Of a stretch of DNA of 64,000 bases, positions 9,393-19,386 are shown in pieces. How positions within the stretch are numbered: position 1 is the first letter of the stretch; each line of letters begins with the position of its first letter. The translations under genes were made by a program, and so were the position numbers. The notes beneath the pieces were generated by a model that did no database searches, was not told the DNA's origin, and was given only the letters and a program-made list of their open reading frames with translations. This stretch comes from an uncultured Planctomycetales bacterium (GTDB lineage: Bacteria > Omnitrophota > Gorgyraeia > Zapsychrales > JAHFFX01), in NCBI GenBank assembly GCA_964612665.1, contig CAZTCI010000004.1:14376-78375 (forward strand). The letters are read 5' to 3'.

Positions 9393-10058
9393 AAAACTCC
9401 CAATTTTATTTTTAAATCAGCAAAGGATATCAATTCATTGTGAATTTTCTGTGAAGATCATATGAAAATTCTGTATTTATCTTAAACAACGTAGCACGCG
9501 AGTCGAGCTCATTGCGAGGAGCCTGTCTACCGCTAGGCCCGGTGACAAAGCAATCTCAAGGATTGTTTCGTCGCCGGCCTGGCAATGACAGAAAATGGTA
9601 CATCACGTGAAACGGTGCAATTTTAAAACTCGTCGGAATATTGAAGATTTTGTTGTCGGATTTACAAGAATTTCATAAGAACCTTATATAAAAGTCATAA
9701 CAGTCTTGATACAACTGTTGCGCGTTGGGAAAAAAAGATTTTCGATTTTGAAAAAAGCGCCGGCATGAAAGTTAGAAATTTAAATCCATGAAAGCCATGA
9801 AGTTTACAAAATTTTTATATGAACCTTATACAAAAGCAACAACAGGTTGATAAAACTATTTCGCTTAAATGAGAAATTAAATTGTCATTCTTTGGGACTC
9901 CTGCATCATCTTCACCAAGGATGTCACCGAGGAAAACGCAGAAGCGCCCGCTGCGAATAAAATTTGAAAGGAGGTGCAGGAGCTCAAAGAGACAATGTGA
10001 CATAGAAATGACAACACTCGGCAAGTAAGCAAGAGTAAAAAATAGGAGGAAATAAAAG

Positions 10059-11000
10059 ATGAAAGTAAAAATGATGGCAATAACAATAGCAGCGCTGATG
10101 GGGCTGGTGGTCCGGTCAGTTATTGCGTCTGATGCAGTGGGCTATAATCGGATCACGGTCCCTGCAAATTCCGACGTGAGGCTTTCTGTTCCGTTTAATC
10201 AGGATATTGTTGGTACATTCAATGTTAATGGTATTGTTGCAGGCTCCGGGGTTACGGTCACAGATCCACTTACGCCGGGTGCGTTTGCAAATACTTACTA
10301 CGTCCGTTTCATTAGCGGCAATGGGACGGGACTGTGGAGTACCATTTCAAATAATGGAGCGAGTGATTTTGTCTTCGTAGATTTAAACGTGTTGAACTTT
10401 ATCAATGTCGGCGACAAATTCCGCGTTTATAAACATCAAACCTTAAGCAGTGTATTTCCGACCAGTCTTTTAGGCATATCGTATGTTAGCGGGAGCCAAG
10501 TGTTGATTTACGATAATAACATTGCTGCCATGACAACGAACAAATCTGCCGCGAAGGTTGCAGCGTTTACATCCGCCGGCGGAGGCCACTGGGTTGGTTC
10601 AGGTGTCAATGACAATACGATTCTGAAACCTGAGACGCAGTTTATTCTTCGTAATAATTCCGGATCTACCCTTACCATGATTACGCGAGGTCATGTGCCT
10701 GACTATTCTGTCAGCACTCTCATTGCCCCCAACGGTGATTTGGTTATAGGTTCAGGATATCCGTTACCTGTTGTGCTAAAAAATGCCGGATTGAATGCGG
10801 CGTTACGGCAAGTTCTTTTTTATGATAACAGCGCAACGGGTATTAATAAATCCGCGGTAAAAGTTGCGGTATTTAGCGGAAGCAATTGGGTTGGTGCTGG
10901 CGTAACTGGTAATGAGTTAATCAATCCTTCCTCATCGATTACTTTCCGTTTGCCAACGAGTGAAGCAGGGACAAAAGTGACAATCAATAAACCTTACTAA
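10059..11000 (+). CDS. Secreted protein of unknown function with an internal tandem duplication (~120 aa repeat)
   Basis: Signal peptide (MKVKMMAITIAALMGLVVRSVIASDA). RBS aggagg lies 9 nt upstream. Two internal repeats: 'SAAKVAAFTSAGGGHWVGSGVNDNTILKP…' and 'SAVKVAVFSGSNWVGAGVTGNELINP…'. No PEP-CTERM tail. Confidence 0.6.
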   Translation: MKVKMMAITIAALMGLVVRSVIASDAVGYNRITVPANSDVRLSVPFNQDIVGTFNVNGIVAGSGVTVTDPLTPGAFANTYYVRFISGNGTGLWSTISNNGASDFVFVDLNVLNFINVGDKFRVYKHQTLSSVFPTSLLGISYVSGSQVLIYDNNIAAMTTNKSAAKVAAFTSAGGGHWVGSGVNDNTILKPETQFILRNNSGSTLTMITRGHVPDYSVSTLIAPNGDLVIGSGYPLPVVLKNAGLNAALRQVLFYDNSATGINKSAVKVAVFSGSNWVGAGVTGNELINPSSSITFRLPTSEAGTKVTINKPY

Positions 11001-11030
11001 TCTATCTTTTAAGGAAGGAAGGGTACGGTA

Positions 11031-11630
11031 ATGAAAAAATTAGTAATGACGGTAGCGATGGTGGCCATGATTCTAATGGCCGGTTCAGCGCGCGCGGATA
11101 TGACTTACGCGCCATTTTTGTTTAACGGCAATGACCACGCGGGTAATCCAATTCACGACGGAACTTATGAGATGGTTCTGGATCTTAACGGTGATGGATG
11201 GGGCGGAACTTCTTATTTAGCTCAAACTTCAGGTGCAGATAATGCCTCAAACTGGCTTTGGGATAGTAAAGATCTTGTGATGGATCGCGGACAAATTATT
11301 GACGGTCAAGCGACACCATTTAAAAAGATTTCAACCGCAGACATTCCGGCAAGCTATGATGCGAATGTTGATCATTATTATTTACTCTGGTTTGATAAGT
11401 CGTTTAACGCTGGGGGTGCAGGTCCGGGCGGGGGCGTTAGCTATGGCGCCGAAGATCTTGGTACCGTCGGAACAAATCCTGGTGATTACACGCCGTTTGC
11501 CAACGGTGGAAGCGCGACTCTCAAAACTCTGGGAACACAGGCTGTTCCTGAACCCGTCTCGACGGTGTTGTCATTGCTGGGTGGTGGAGCGATGGTATTG
11601 CGTCGCCGTTTCAATAAAGCCAGCATTTAA
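11031..11630 (+). CDS. PEP-CTERM sorting-domain secreted protein (Gly-rich)
   Basis: Signal peptide. C-terminus is …AVPEPVSTVLSLLGGGAMVLRRRFNKASI. Confidence 0.8.
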   Translation: MKKLVMTVAMVAMILMAGSARADMTYAPFLFNGNDHAGNPIHDGTYEMVLDLNGDGWGGTSYLAQTSGADNASNWLWDSKDLVMDRGQIIDGQATPFKKISTADIPASYDANVDHYYLLWFDKSFNAGGAGPGGGVSYGAEDLGTVGTNPGDYTPFANGGSATLKTLGTQAVPEPVSTVLSLLGGGAMVLRRRFNKASI

Positions 11631-11668
11631 GTAGTACATCTTATAAACTCGCAAACGAGAGGTATGTT

Positions 11669-13597
11669 ATGAACAACATAAGAAAGACAATGTTAGGGGT
11701 TATGATGGCCCTCTTTTTGGCGGGCACGGCTAGTGCCGCCAATATTCCAGTAACAAGTAATATCGCGACCTCCACAACTTGGACGTCAGATAATATTTAT
11801 AATCTCGTCGGACAGATTTACGTGCTGCCTGGCGCGACGCTTACTATTCAACCAGGCACGTTAATTAAAAATCATGCTGGTGATCCGCCTCATTGGGACC
11901 CAACGCTTAACGGAGGAAAAGGCGGATGGGTGCCTGGTGCAAATCCTGGTGATCAGGGTAGCTTGGCTGTTTGCCGTGGGGCCAAGATTTTTGCGATGGG
12001 TACTAAAGAAGCTCCCATTATTTTTACCTCGGACTTAGACACAATGACGGCTTGGCATGAAGGAACTAATGAGTGGGGGAACCTGACGCTGATGGGCAAC
12101 GCACTTATTTCAGCGTCATTTAATGGTCCGCCTACGAATCATAATCCAACCGTTATTCATGGAGTTCAAAACCCGTCGATGCCAACAGGCACGGCTCAGA
12201 ATTTCATGGAAGGGTTGATTCCTGCTGATAGTAACGATACAAAGACGCTCTATGGCGGAAACGATGACAACGATTCCAGCGGTGAACTTCACTATGTGTC
12301 ATTGCGTTATGGCGGTAAGGTCGTTGGCTTAGGCAACGAACTTAACGGTTTGTCAATGGGCGGTATTGGCCGCGGGACAAAAGTTGATCATATTGATACT
12401 ATGAACAGCGTCGACGATTATGTAGAAACCTGGGGCGGTACGGTTAACTACAAATACCTCAGTTTGTGGAATGGCGGCGATGATGGTTTCGACACTGATG
12501 AGGGTTGGCGTGGTAAAGCCCAGTTCGGTATTATCGTTCAGGGTTTTAGTAATGATGCGCCCCGCGGTTCTGGTGTCAGTGATAACGGTTTCGAATCGGA
12601 TGGTGCAGAAGATTCCGATGCGCAACCAGTATCGACGAACACACTCTACAATTGGACTCTCGTCGGCCAGCCATTGTCCGGCCATAGTGCAACAGCCTGG
12701 CGTGATAATAACCGCGCACAATATCGCAACATGATTTTTATGGATGTAGGTTCCGATGTTGTTGGCGCTGATAATACCGACGGTGATAACGGTTCAGGTT
12801 ATGGATTTAACGGTACACTGTCATTTGCCGATACCTGGACCACACCGTATACAGTCCATTCAGCTGTTAATGCCATGAGCCCCGCACCTGTCCCGGGTTC
12901 TTTCAATGACCCGAACGTGCTTTATCAAGCTCAAAGCTCGACGGCGGCATGGAACGGAATGCTGGCGGAAATTGTTGACAGCGTTTTTTTCCGTAACATT
13001 GGTACTTCCAGTCATGGTCGGCCTAATGTCTACAGCGAGGCGGATGACCGCGGTGTCACGATCGCCGGCGGTAGCAATCCAGCCAAGCATAATGTCGTTT
13101 CTCCTTATAATTCATCGTCTCCGGATGACAATATGCCAATCAAACTTTTGCAACGGCACTCCCCGGAAACCAAAGGTAGCAAGATTCTTCTTCGTGTCAC
13201 CCGAATCGACCCGCGCGCAGCCCATGATGCTGTCACGAGTGATGCTGTCGCACCAGCCGACGGGTTTTTCACTCAGGCTCCGTTTCGTGGTGCCTTTAGT
13301 CCCAACGTGAACTGGTTGTTGGGTTGGACGGCTGCCGACGCATACGGGTTTTTACAAAATGCTGATGGCAGTGAGCAGACGAATCCTGCTGATCCTGTTC
13401 CAACGATTCAAGTGGATGCTTCCAGTGCGTCGATTTCTTTTCCGACGACAGTGGGAGTTTCCTACGCTGTTGAACAATCGAGCGATATGAAGAATTGGGT
13501 TCCATTGTCAACGGTTACAGGAGATGGGACGGTTAAATCAGTGACAGACACGCTGGCATCTGATTCAACCAAATTCTATCGAGTGTTTGTGTTGTAA
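11669..13597 (+). CDS. Large secreted protein of unknown function (Gly/Asp/Asn-rich, probable beta-rich fold)
   Basis: 642 aa with signal peptide MNNIRKTMLGVMMALFLAGTASAANIP. No recognisable catalytic motif and no PEP-CTERM tail. Co-oriented with the PEP-CTERM genes. Confidence 0.55.
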   Translation: MNNIRKTMLGVMMALFLAGTASAANIPVTSNIATSTTWTSDNIYNLVGQIYVLPGATLTIQPGTLIKNHAGDPPHWDPTLNGGKGGWVPGANPGDQGSLAVCRGAKIFAMGTKEAPIIFTSDLDTMTAWHEGTNEWGNLTLMGNALISASFNGPPTNHNPTVIHGVQNPSMPTGTAQNFMEGLIPADSNDTKTLYGGNDDNDSSGELHYVSLRYGGKVVGLGNELNGLSMGGIGRGTKVDHIDTMNSVDDYVETWGGTVNYKYLSLWNGGDDGFDTDEGWRGKAQFGIIVQGFSNDAPRGSGVSDNGFESDGAEDSDAQPVSTNTLYNWTLVGQPLSGHSATAWRDNNRAQYRNMIFMDVGSDVVGADNTDGDNGSGYGFNGTLSFADTWTTPYTVHSAVNAMSPAPVPGSFNDPNVLYQAQSSTAAWNGMLAEIVDSVFFRNIGTSSHGRPNVYSEADDRGVTIAGGSNPAKHNVVSPYNSSSPDDNMPIKLLQRHSPETKGSKILLRVTRIDPRAAHDAVTSDAVAPADGFFTQAPFRGAFSPNVNWLLGWTAADAYGFLQNADGSEQTNPADPVPTIQVDASSASISFPTTVGVSYAVEQSSDMKNWVPLSTVTGDGTVKSVTDTLASDSTKFYRVFVL

Positions 13598-13627
13598 TTC
13601 TTGAAAAACGTGTCAATAAATACGTCG

Positions 13628-13666
13628 ATGGCAGCGGCCGGAAGCCGCTGCCATCACGTTTTCACT
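13628..13666 (+). terminator. Rho-independent terminator
   Basis: gatggcagcggccggaagccgctgccatc hairpin followed by acgttttcactt, 30 nt after the stop at 13597. Confidence 0.65.
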
Positions 13667-13684
13667 TAAAACTGTGAGTACACA

Positions 13685-14929
13685 ATGAAAAAACAATTGA
13701 TAGCATGTTTTCTATTGACCAGTTGTTCTTTATCCATAGGTGGTTGCAGTCAGCAGGCTAAAGTGAATAACCCGACTGCCGAAAATAAGCCTTGTCCTCT
13801 TACCGATAAACCGCTGACGTCTTTTCAAGACGAATTGCTTAATCTAGCTTTTGATACAGCTACAGCGATCCCTGTTAACCCGCATGGTTATGACCGGTCA
13901 CGAGCACAGCAGAAAGTTATTGATACTTCATTTGAGCTTGACCAGCCGCAACGGGCCATCGGTTATATTGAAAAGATTGCTGATTGGCGTCGGGGCGAAA
14001 GCTATGGCGATTTTGCTATTTATTCTCTACGGCATAGCTGTTCTGATGGAATACAGCAGTATTTGGACCGCGCCCAAAAAATTTCGGATCAAGAAGAAGA
14101 TTGGCAAAGAGATCGTATTAGAGTGAAAATAGCCCAAACACATGTTTTGCTCGGAGAAACGGAAAAGGCCAATTCTTTTGAGAAAGGCGTCGTAGAAGCT
14201 TCTGAGTCAGGTAAAGTCATTGGCGTGAAGGCCATGATTGCCGACGAGGAATCTTTTGATAAGCAGATAAAAGGATTTGATGAGTTAATAGCCTCGGGTA
14301 ATTTTGACATCATGAAAAATGCGCTCGACTCAAGCACTGAGCTTTTTAATCGTTTTTATGACGATGTCAAGAAGCGCTCACTCATCGAAGCAAAAATTAA
14401 AACATCCATGAAAAAAGCCAAGATGCCTGTTTCTATTCAGACCGAACTGTTTATAAAGTTAACGGAATCTGCTTTGAATCATAAAGATCAAGCTCAGGCA
14501 CTTCTTCTGGTTAGCGAAGCGCAGCTTTTAATAGATACGGCTCAATGGAGGACGGCGGAGTTTAAAATTCCATTCGTGGCGAAATTAGCTGGATTGCGTT
14601 TTTTAGCCGGTGATGAGCAAAAGGCCAAAGCCGACGCGGATGCGCTATTAAAATTTTATGATTCCGAATCAAATAAGATCGTAAATATTTACCGGGCTGG
14701 AGTGCTCCGTCCAATAGCAGAGGCTTATCAATCAATGAGCGACACGAAATCTGCGTTAGCAGTTTATAAAAAAGCTCTTGAAGCCGGCGTCGAAAATCCT
14801 AATTCCAGACCGCGTGCTGAAGATCTGTCCGCTACCTGTATTTCATTGGCTTTACACCGCGTTCAACCTGACGATGAACTTTGGAATCGCATACAGCAGA
14901 TCAAGCAAGGATTGGGAGATCCGTGGTAA
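13685..14929 (+). CDS. Lipoprotein of unknown function (alpha-helical, TPR-like C-terminal half)
   Basis: Signal peptide with lipobox LSIGGC (Cys about residue 20). Helical repeat-like composition. Unknown family. Confidence 0.5.
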   Translation: MKKQLIACFLLTSCSLSIGGCSQQAKVNNPTAENKPCPLTDKPLTSFQDELLNLAFDTATAIPVNPHGYDRSRAQQKVIDTSFELDQPQRAIGYIEKIADWRRGESYGDFAIYSLRHSCSDGIQQYLDRAQKISDQEEDWQRDRIRVKIAQTHVLLGETEKANSFEKGVVEASESGKVIGVKAMIADEESFDKQIKGFDELIASGNFDIMKNALDSSTELFNRFYDDVKKRSLIEAKIKTSMKKAKMPVSIQTELFIKLTESALNHKDQAQALLLVSEAQLLIDTAQWRTAEFKIPFVAKLAGLRFLAGDEQKAKADADALLKFYDSESNKIVNIYRAGVLRPIAEAYQSMSDTKSALAVYKKALEAGVENPNSRPRAEDLSATCISLALHRVQPDDELWNRIQQIKQGLGDPW

Positions 14930-14973
14930 AATAATTTATCACGAAAAAAAATCCCCCAAATCCTGAGCATGTT

Positions 14974-16233
14974 ATGAAAAATCTGCTGTTAACTTTTTTT
15001 ATATTTGGAATTTTATTGGCAGTCACAAAAGGATGGAGTGAAGACTCTTTAACTTTTGACAACCCCAATCTTGCGAAGCAATATGATCAGATGTTTATCC
15101 GGGTAACCCCTCAGCAATCTTCCGCTTATAAAAAGCGAAATACCAGAGGGGGAGATTTTGAAGAGGGTTGGGATGCTTTTAATAATAAAGATTATAAAAC
15201 AGCGTTTCAAGAATGGAAACCGCTCGCCGAGAAAGGAAATGCCAAGGCTCAATTTTTGATTGGCGCGATGTATTTCGACGGGCAAGGTGTTGGAAAGGAT
15301 TATAAGGAAGCGGCGCGTTGGTATAAGCTCTCGGCGGAACGCGGCATCGCATTGGCGCAGCACGCGTTGGGAAGTATGTATCAGAAAGGTCAGGGCGTTT
15401 CTCAAGATAACCAAGAAGCTGTTAAATGGTTTCGCAAGTCGGCGGACAAAGGTTATGTTCTCTCACAACACGCTTTAGGTGTTCTGTATGAAAAAGGGCA
15501 AGGCGTTCCTAAAGATCATAAAGAAGCATTGAAGTGGTTTGAACGTGCGGCCGAACAATCATACGCTTCCGCGCAAAATAATTTGGGACTGATGTATTAC
15601 GGCGGCGACGGAGTTTTTCAGGATTATAAGAAAGCGAAAAAGTGGCTCCAGCTCGCCGCGGAAAAAGGAACGCCCGAAGCGCAATTTGTTTTAGGCTGGA
15701 TGTATTACAAAGGCGAAGGGGTTCCTTCAAAGAATTTTAAGGAAGCAGCGAAATGGATCCGCCTCGCCGCTAAGAAAGGTCTCGCCATTGCGCAAACTAA
15801 TTTAGGATTAATGTATATCAAAGGCCAAGGCGTTCCCAAAGATTATAAAGAAGCGGCGCAGTGGTTTAAATTGGCCGCTGATCAATGGGACGGCGTTGCG
15901 CAAACCAATTTAGGATTGCTGTACATTAAAGGTCAAGGCGTTCCTCAAAATGATGAAGAAGCTTTTAAACTTTTTAAACTTGCTGCTGAGCAGGGAATGC
16001 CTGCCGCACAATATAAACTCGGCGTCATGTATGAATTCGGCCGGGCGACAACGCAGGATTATATCTCAGCTTATTTGTGGTACAGCCTTGGCGCATCGCA
16101 AGGCGATAAAACCTCCCAGGAACACCGCGACCGCCTTCAGAAAAAAATGACGCAAGCTCAAATCGATAAAGCCCAACAACTTATTAAAGATTGGCAAGAC
16201 AAACACAGCAATAAAATAACAACCGCCGCTTAA
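14974..16233 (+). CDS. Sel1-like repeat (SLR) protein, secreted
   Basis: Signal peptide followed by about 10 tandem ~36-aa repeats of the Sel1 consensus (…A.KWF.KAAEQG.A.AQ.NLG.MY..GQGV.KDY.EA.KW…). Confidence 0.85.
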   Translation: MKNLLLTFFIFGILLAVTKGWSEDSLTFDNPNLAKQYDQMFIRVTPQQSSAYKKRNTRGGDFEEGWDAFNNKDYKTAFQEWKPLAEKGNAKAQFLIGAMYFDGQGVGKDYKEAARWYKLSAERGIALAQHALGSMYQKGQGVSQDNQEAVKWFRKSADKGYVLSQHALGVLYEKGQGVPKDHKEALKWFERAAEQSYASAQNNLGLMYYGGDGVFQDYKKAKKWLQLAAEKGTPEAQFVLGWMYYKGEGVPSKNFKEAAKWIRLAAKKGLAIAQTNLGLMYIKGQGVPKDYKEAAQWFKLAADQWDGVAQTNLGLLYIKGQGVPQNDEEAFKLFKLAAEQGMPAAQYKLGVMYEFGRATTQDYISAYLWYSLGASQGDKTSQEHRDRLQKKMTQAQIDKAQQLIKDWQDKHSNKITTAA

Positions 16234-16359
16234 TAATCCGCAGTTTTTCCTTCCTTCTTCTATCCCGGGATTTCTTTGTATGTTCATACAATCTTCATAT
16301 TAAATTCATAATCAGATTATAGACTTTAACAGTGCTTAATCTAATCGTTTACTTCCTTC

Positions 16360-19300
16360 GTGATCATGATCTCCCAACGTGTTTATCCATGTCTTAAAGA
16401 AATCATGGTCAGGGCGTTAGGATGTTTAGTTTTCTTTATGACGCTTTTCTTAGCAGTGACAACTTTCGCTGATCAAGTTGGGTCTATCCGCGGTGTCGTG
16501 TATGACAAAGATTTTAACGTCCCCCTTCCGGCCGCAGAAATTTCTATTGCTGAAACCGGCACTAAAGTAACAGCCACTGAAGACGGCAATTATATTTTTA
16601 ACCAAGTACCCGTCGGAAAATACACGCTGATTTTTTCGAAAGAAGGATACGCGCGTCAGGTGGAAGCGAATGTTGTTGTCTCGCCGGGACAGATGACGGA
16701 TGTCGATGTTTCGTTATCCGGTGAATTTACCGAAATGGAAGAAGTTGTTGCGCAGGATTTGCAGATCGCTGGGACAGAAGCTGGTTTATTGATGCTTCGT
16801 ATCGAAAGTCCAGCGCTTTTAGATTCTGTCAGTTCTGAATTGATAAGTAAAGCAGGAGCGAATGACGCGGCCAGTGCGCTTAAATTAGTAACAGGAGCGA
16901 CTGTACAGGACGACAAATATGCCGTCATCCGAGGTTTGCCTGATCGGTATGTCAATTCACAAATGAACGCTGTGCGTCTGCCATCTGCGGATGCGGAAAA
17001 GCGGGCGGTTCAGCTCGATCAATTTCCTTCAGAAATGATTGAAAGCGTTCAGGTCAGTAAAACTTTTACTCCAGACCAGCAGGGTGATGCTTCCGGCGGA
17101 GCCGTGAATATCGTGCTTAAAAGCATTCCAGACAAAGAGATTTTTAAAATTAAAACGGGAACTAATTTCAACACACAGTCAGCGGGGCGCGAAGATTTCT
17201 TAAGCCGAAAAGGCAAGCCAGTAAATTTTTGGGGATTAGATAGCCGCGGCATTCCGTCGGATGGTGATTTTAGAGGTCCCGCTGGTGTCTTCCGTGAAGA
17301 TTCGCCGCTCAATTATAACTGGTCGATAGCTGGTGGTGGCAAGCATACCTTTGATAACCAAATTAAGGTGGGCGGCTTTGCCGACTTTTTTTATAAAAGG
17401 GACAGTTCGTTTTATAACAATGGAGTTAGTAATTCTTATTGGGTCTTGAATCCAGGAGAGCCGTTGACTCCGCAATATCTTCAGGGAACGCCATCACAAG
17501 GAGATTTTAAGACGTCGCTATTTGATGTAAAAAGATCGAGTGAAAAAGTACAATGGGGTAGTTTAACTACAGTGGGTGTAGAAACCGAAAACCATTTGTT
17601 AAATGCATTGTATTTATATACTCATGATGCCAATCAAACCGCCACACTCGCCGAAGACACCCGTGGCAAAGCATATTATTTTCCAGGCTATGACCCAAAC
17701 AATCCGAAGGACCTGGGTAATCAAAATCCGGATGCTGCGCCATATCTTAGAACTGAAACCGTCGATTATACTGAGCGGAGTACTCAAACTTTTCAGTTGA
17801 ACGGACGGCATACCCTGACCACCCCCGCTGTTGCTCTCGATCACGTCATTGAGTTTCTTCCTCTCAAATTGGATTGGACTTTTGCTCGAAGCTCATCGAC
17901 TTTGAACCAACCGGATAAGACCCAGTTCGGCGAGGAGTGGCTTGCGCCAGCTTTTAATGCTGGATTCCCTCCTTTTGTCCCACCGTTTGTAACTCCGGCA
18001 GTGCATCATCAATTCAAACCAGCCGCCAATTTCACGATAGGCAATCTTCAGCTTATTTGGAAAGATATCGCCGAAGACAGCAATCAATATTTTGTGAACC
18101 TGAAATTTCCGTTCAAACAATGGAGTGATACGGAAGGGTATTTTAAATTTGGTGTGTTCGATGACAAGGTCACGCGCACTTATAATCAACAGTCGTTTAG
18201 TAATTTCGGGGAAAATGGTGCTTTTCTAGAAGCGCCTTTTGATGTTCTGTGGAGCGCAATATTCGGTACGGAAAATCATTTAATAACACCTGCTGACATC
18301 GACGTGGATTATAAGGGTGACCAGCGGATTTCTGCATGGTATTACATGGTGGATTTGCCCACAAGTTCATTTTTAGATCTGATTGGTGGTATACGTCACG
18401 AAACCACCAAGCTCGATATCGTCAATAATCCGGAAAAAGATGTAACCTGGATACCACCCGGCAGCAGTTCTCCGGTCACGTTAAAACCCGGGGATGCTGA
18501 TGTCAAGTTTAACCAGCATGATTCCCTTCCTTCCGTCGGGTTTGTGTTAAAGCCTCTTAAGAAAGTTCAAGTGCACAGCAACTACAGTGAAACGGTCGCG
18601 CGGCAGACCTTCAAAGAACTTACCCCTATTCAACAAACCGATTATTTGGGCGGCCCCATTTTCATTGGTAATCCTCAACTGAAAATGAGTTCAGTGAAAA
18701 ATTATGATGTGCGCATTGACTATACACCTTACGAAGGTGGATTAGTTTCAGTTTCAGGGTTTCGTAAAGATATCAAATTTCCTATTGAATACGTGCAAGG
18801 GTTTGCAGGTTTTTCTTATACAACAGCTAAAAATTATCCGAAAGGTGAGTTGAACGGTATCGAAGCTGAAGTACGGCAAAGAATGGACCGGTTTTGGGAA
18901 CCCTTAACGGGTCTTTCATTAGGAGGTAGTGCAACATTTATCAATTCAAAAGTGACGCTCCCTGATGATGAAGCGGCCACTTTTACACGGCCGAATATAC
19001 AGGCCCCTATGCCGACGAGAGACATGACGAATGCGCCTAACCATCTTTATAATATTTTCGGCACGTATTATTTGGAACACATTGGCACAGAAATCGGCGT
19101 CTTTTATATTGTTACCGGTGATACGTTGGTGGAGGGCGCGGCGGCCGGGACGGTGTTGGTTCCGAATGTTTATGCCAAAGAGTACGGCACGCTTAATGTG
19201 AGCGTTTCTAAAAAAATCGGCCAGCATGCCAAAGTCGTTTTTCAGGCCAAAAATTTGCTCAATCCTAAAATTCAGACGGTCTATCGTTCCAAATTTATCG

Positions 19301-19371
19301 ACGGGGACACCGTTAAGACTTCATATACGAAAGGGATTGATTATTCTTTAAGTGTAGGCGTCGAGTGGTGA
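16360..19371 (+). CDS. TonB-dependent outer-membrane receptor, SusC/RagA-like (CarboxypepD_reg N-terminal domain + plug + beta-barrel)
   Basis: N-terminal 'GSIRGVVYDKDFNVPLPAAEISIAETGTKVTATEDGNYIFNQVPVGKYTLIFSKEGYA' is a carboxypeptidase-regulatory-like domain. 'AGANDAASALKLVTGATVQ…IRGLPDRY' is a TonB plug. The ~1000 aa length and terminal aromatic (…VGVEW) fit a TonB-dependent receptor. The true start may be the internal Met at 16405 (signal peptide MVRALGCLVFFMTLFLAVTTFA). Confidence 0.75.
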   Translation: MIMISQRVYPCLKEIMVRALGCLVFFMTLFLAVTTFADQVGSIRGVVYDKDFNVPLPAAEISIAETGTKVTATEDGNYIFNQVPVGKYTLIFSKEGYARQVEANVVVSPGQMTDVDVSLSGEFTEMEEVVAQDLQIAGTEAGLLMLRIESPALLDSVSSELISKAGANDAASALKLVTGATVQDDKYAVIRGLPDRYVNSQMNAVRLPSADAEKRAVQLDQFPSEMIESVQVSKTFTPDQQGDASGGAVNIVLKSIPDKEIFKIKTGTNFNTQSAGREDFLSRKGKPVNFWGLDSRGIPSDGDFRGPAGVFREDSPLNYNWSIAGGGKHTFDNQIKVGGFADFFYKRDSSFYNNGVSNSYWVLNPGEPLTPQYLQGTPSQGDFKTSLFDVKRSSEKVQWGSLTTVGVETENHLLNALYLYTHDANQTATLAEDTRGKAYYFPGYDPNNPKDLGNQNPDAAPYLRTETVDYTERSTQTFQLNGRHTLTTPAVALDHVIEFLPLKLDWTFARSSSTLNQPDKTQFGEEWLAPAFNAGFPPFVPPFVTPAVHHQFKPAANFTIGNLQLIWKDIAEDSNQYFVNLKFPFKQWSDTEGYFKFGVFDDKVTRTYNQQSFSNFGENGAFLEAPFDVLWSAIFGTENHLITPADIDVDYKGDQRISAWYYMVDLPTSSFLDLIGGIRHETTKLDIVNNPEKDVTWIPPGSSSPVTLKPGDADVKFNQHDSLPSVGFVLKPLKKVQVHSNYSETVARQTFKELTPIQQTDYLGGPIFIGNPQLKMSSVKNYDVRIDYTPYEGGLVSVSGFRKDIKFPIEYVQGFAGFSYTTAKNYPKGELNGIEAEVRQRMDRFWEPLTGLSLGGSATFINSKVTLPDDEAATFTRPNIQAPMPTRDMTNAPNHLYNIFGTYYLEHIGTEIGVFYIVTGDTLVEGAAAGTVLVPNVYAKEYGTLNVSVSKKIGQHAKVVFQAKNLLNPKIQTVYRSKFIDGDTVKTSYTKGIDYSLSVGVEW

Positions 19372-19386
19372 AAGGAAGAAGTTATT

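Noticed and set aside
9815-10086. Two overlapping 69-aa minus-strand ORFs in the exosortase–secreted-protein intergenic region
   Set aside because: They overlap each other in different frames and have no RBS. Their products are Ser/Leu/Cys-rich low-complexity strings. The region is better explained as non-coding leader/regulatory DNA.
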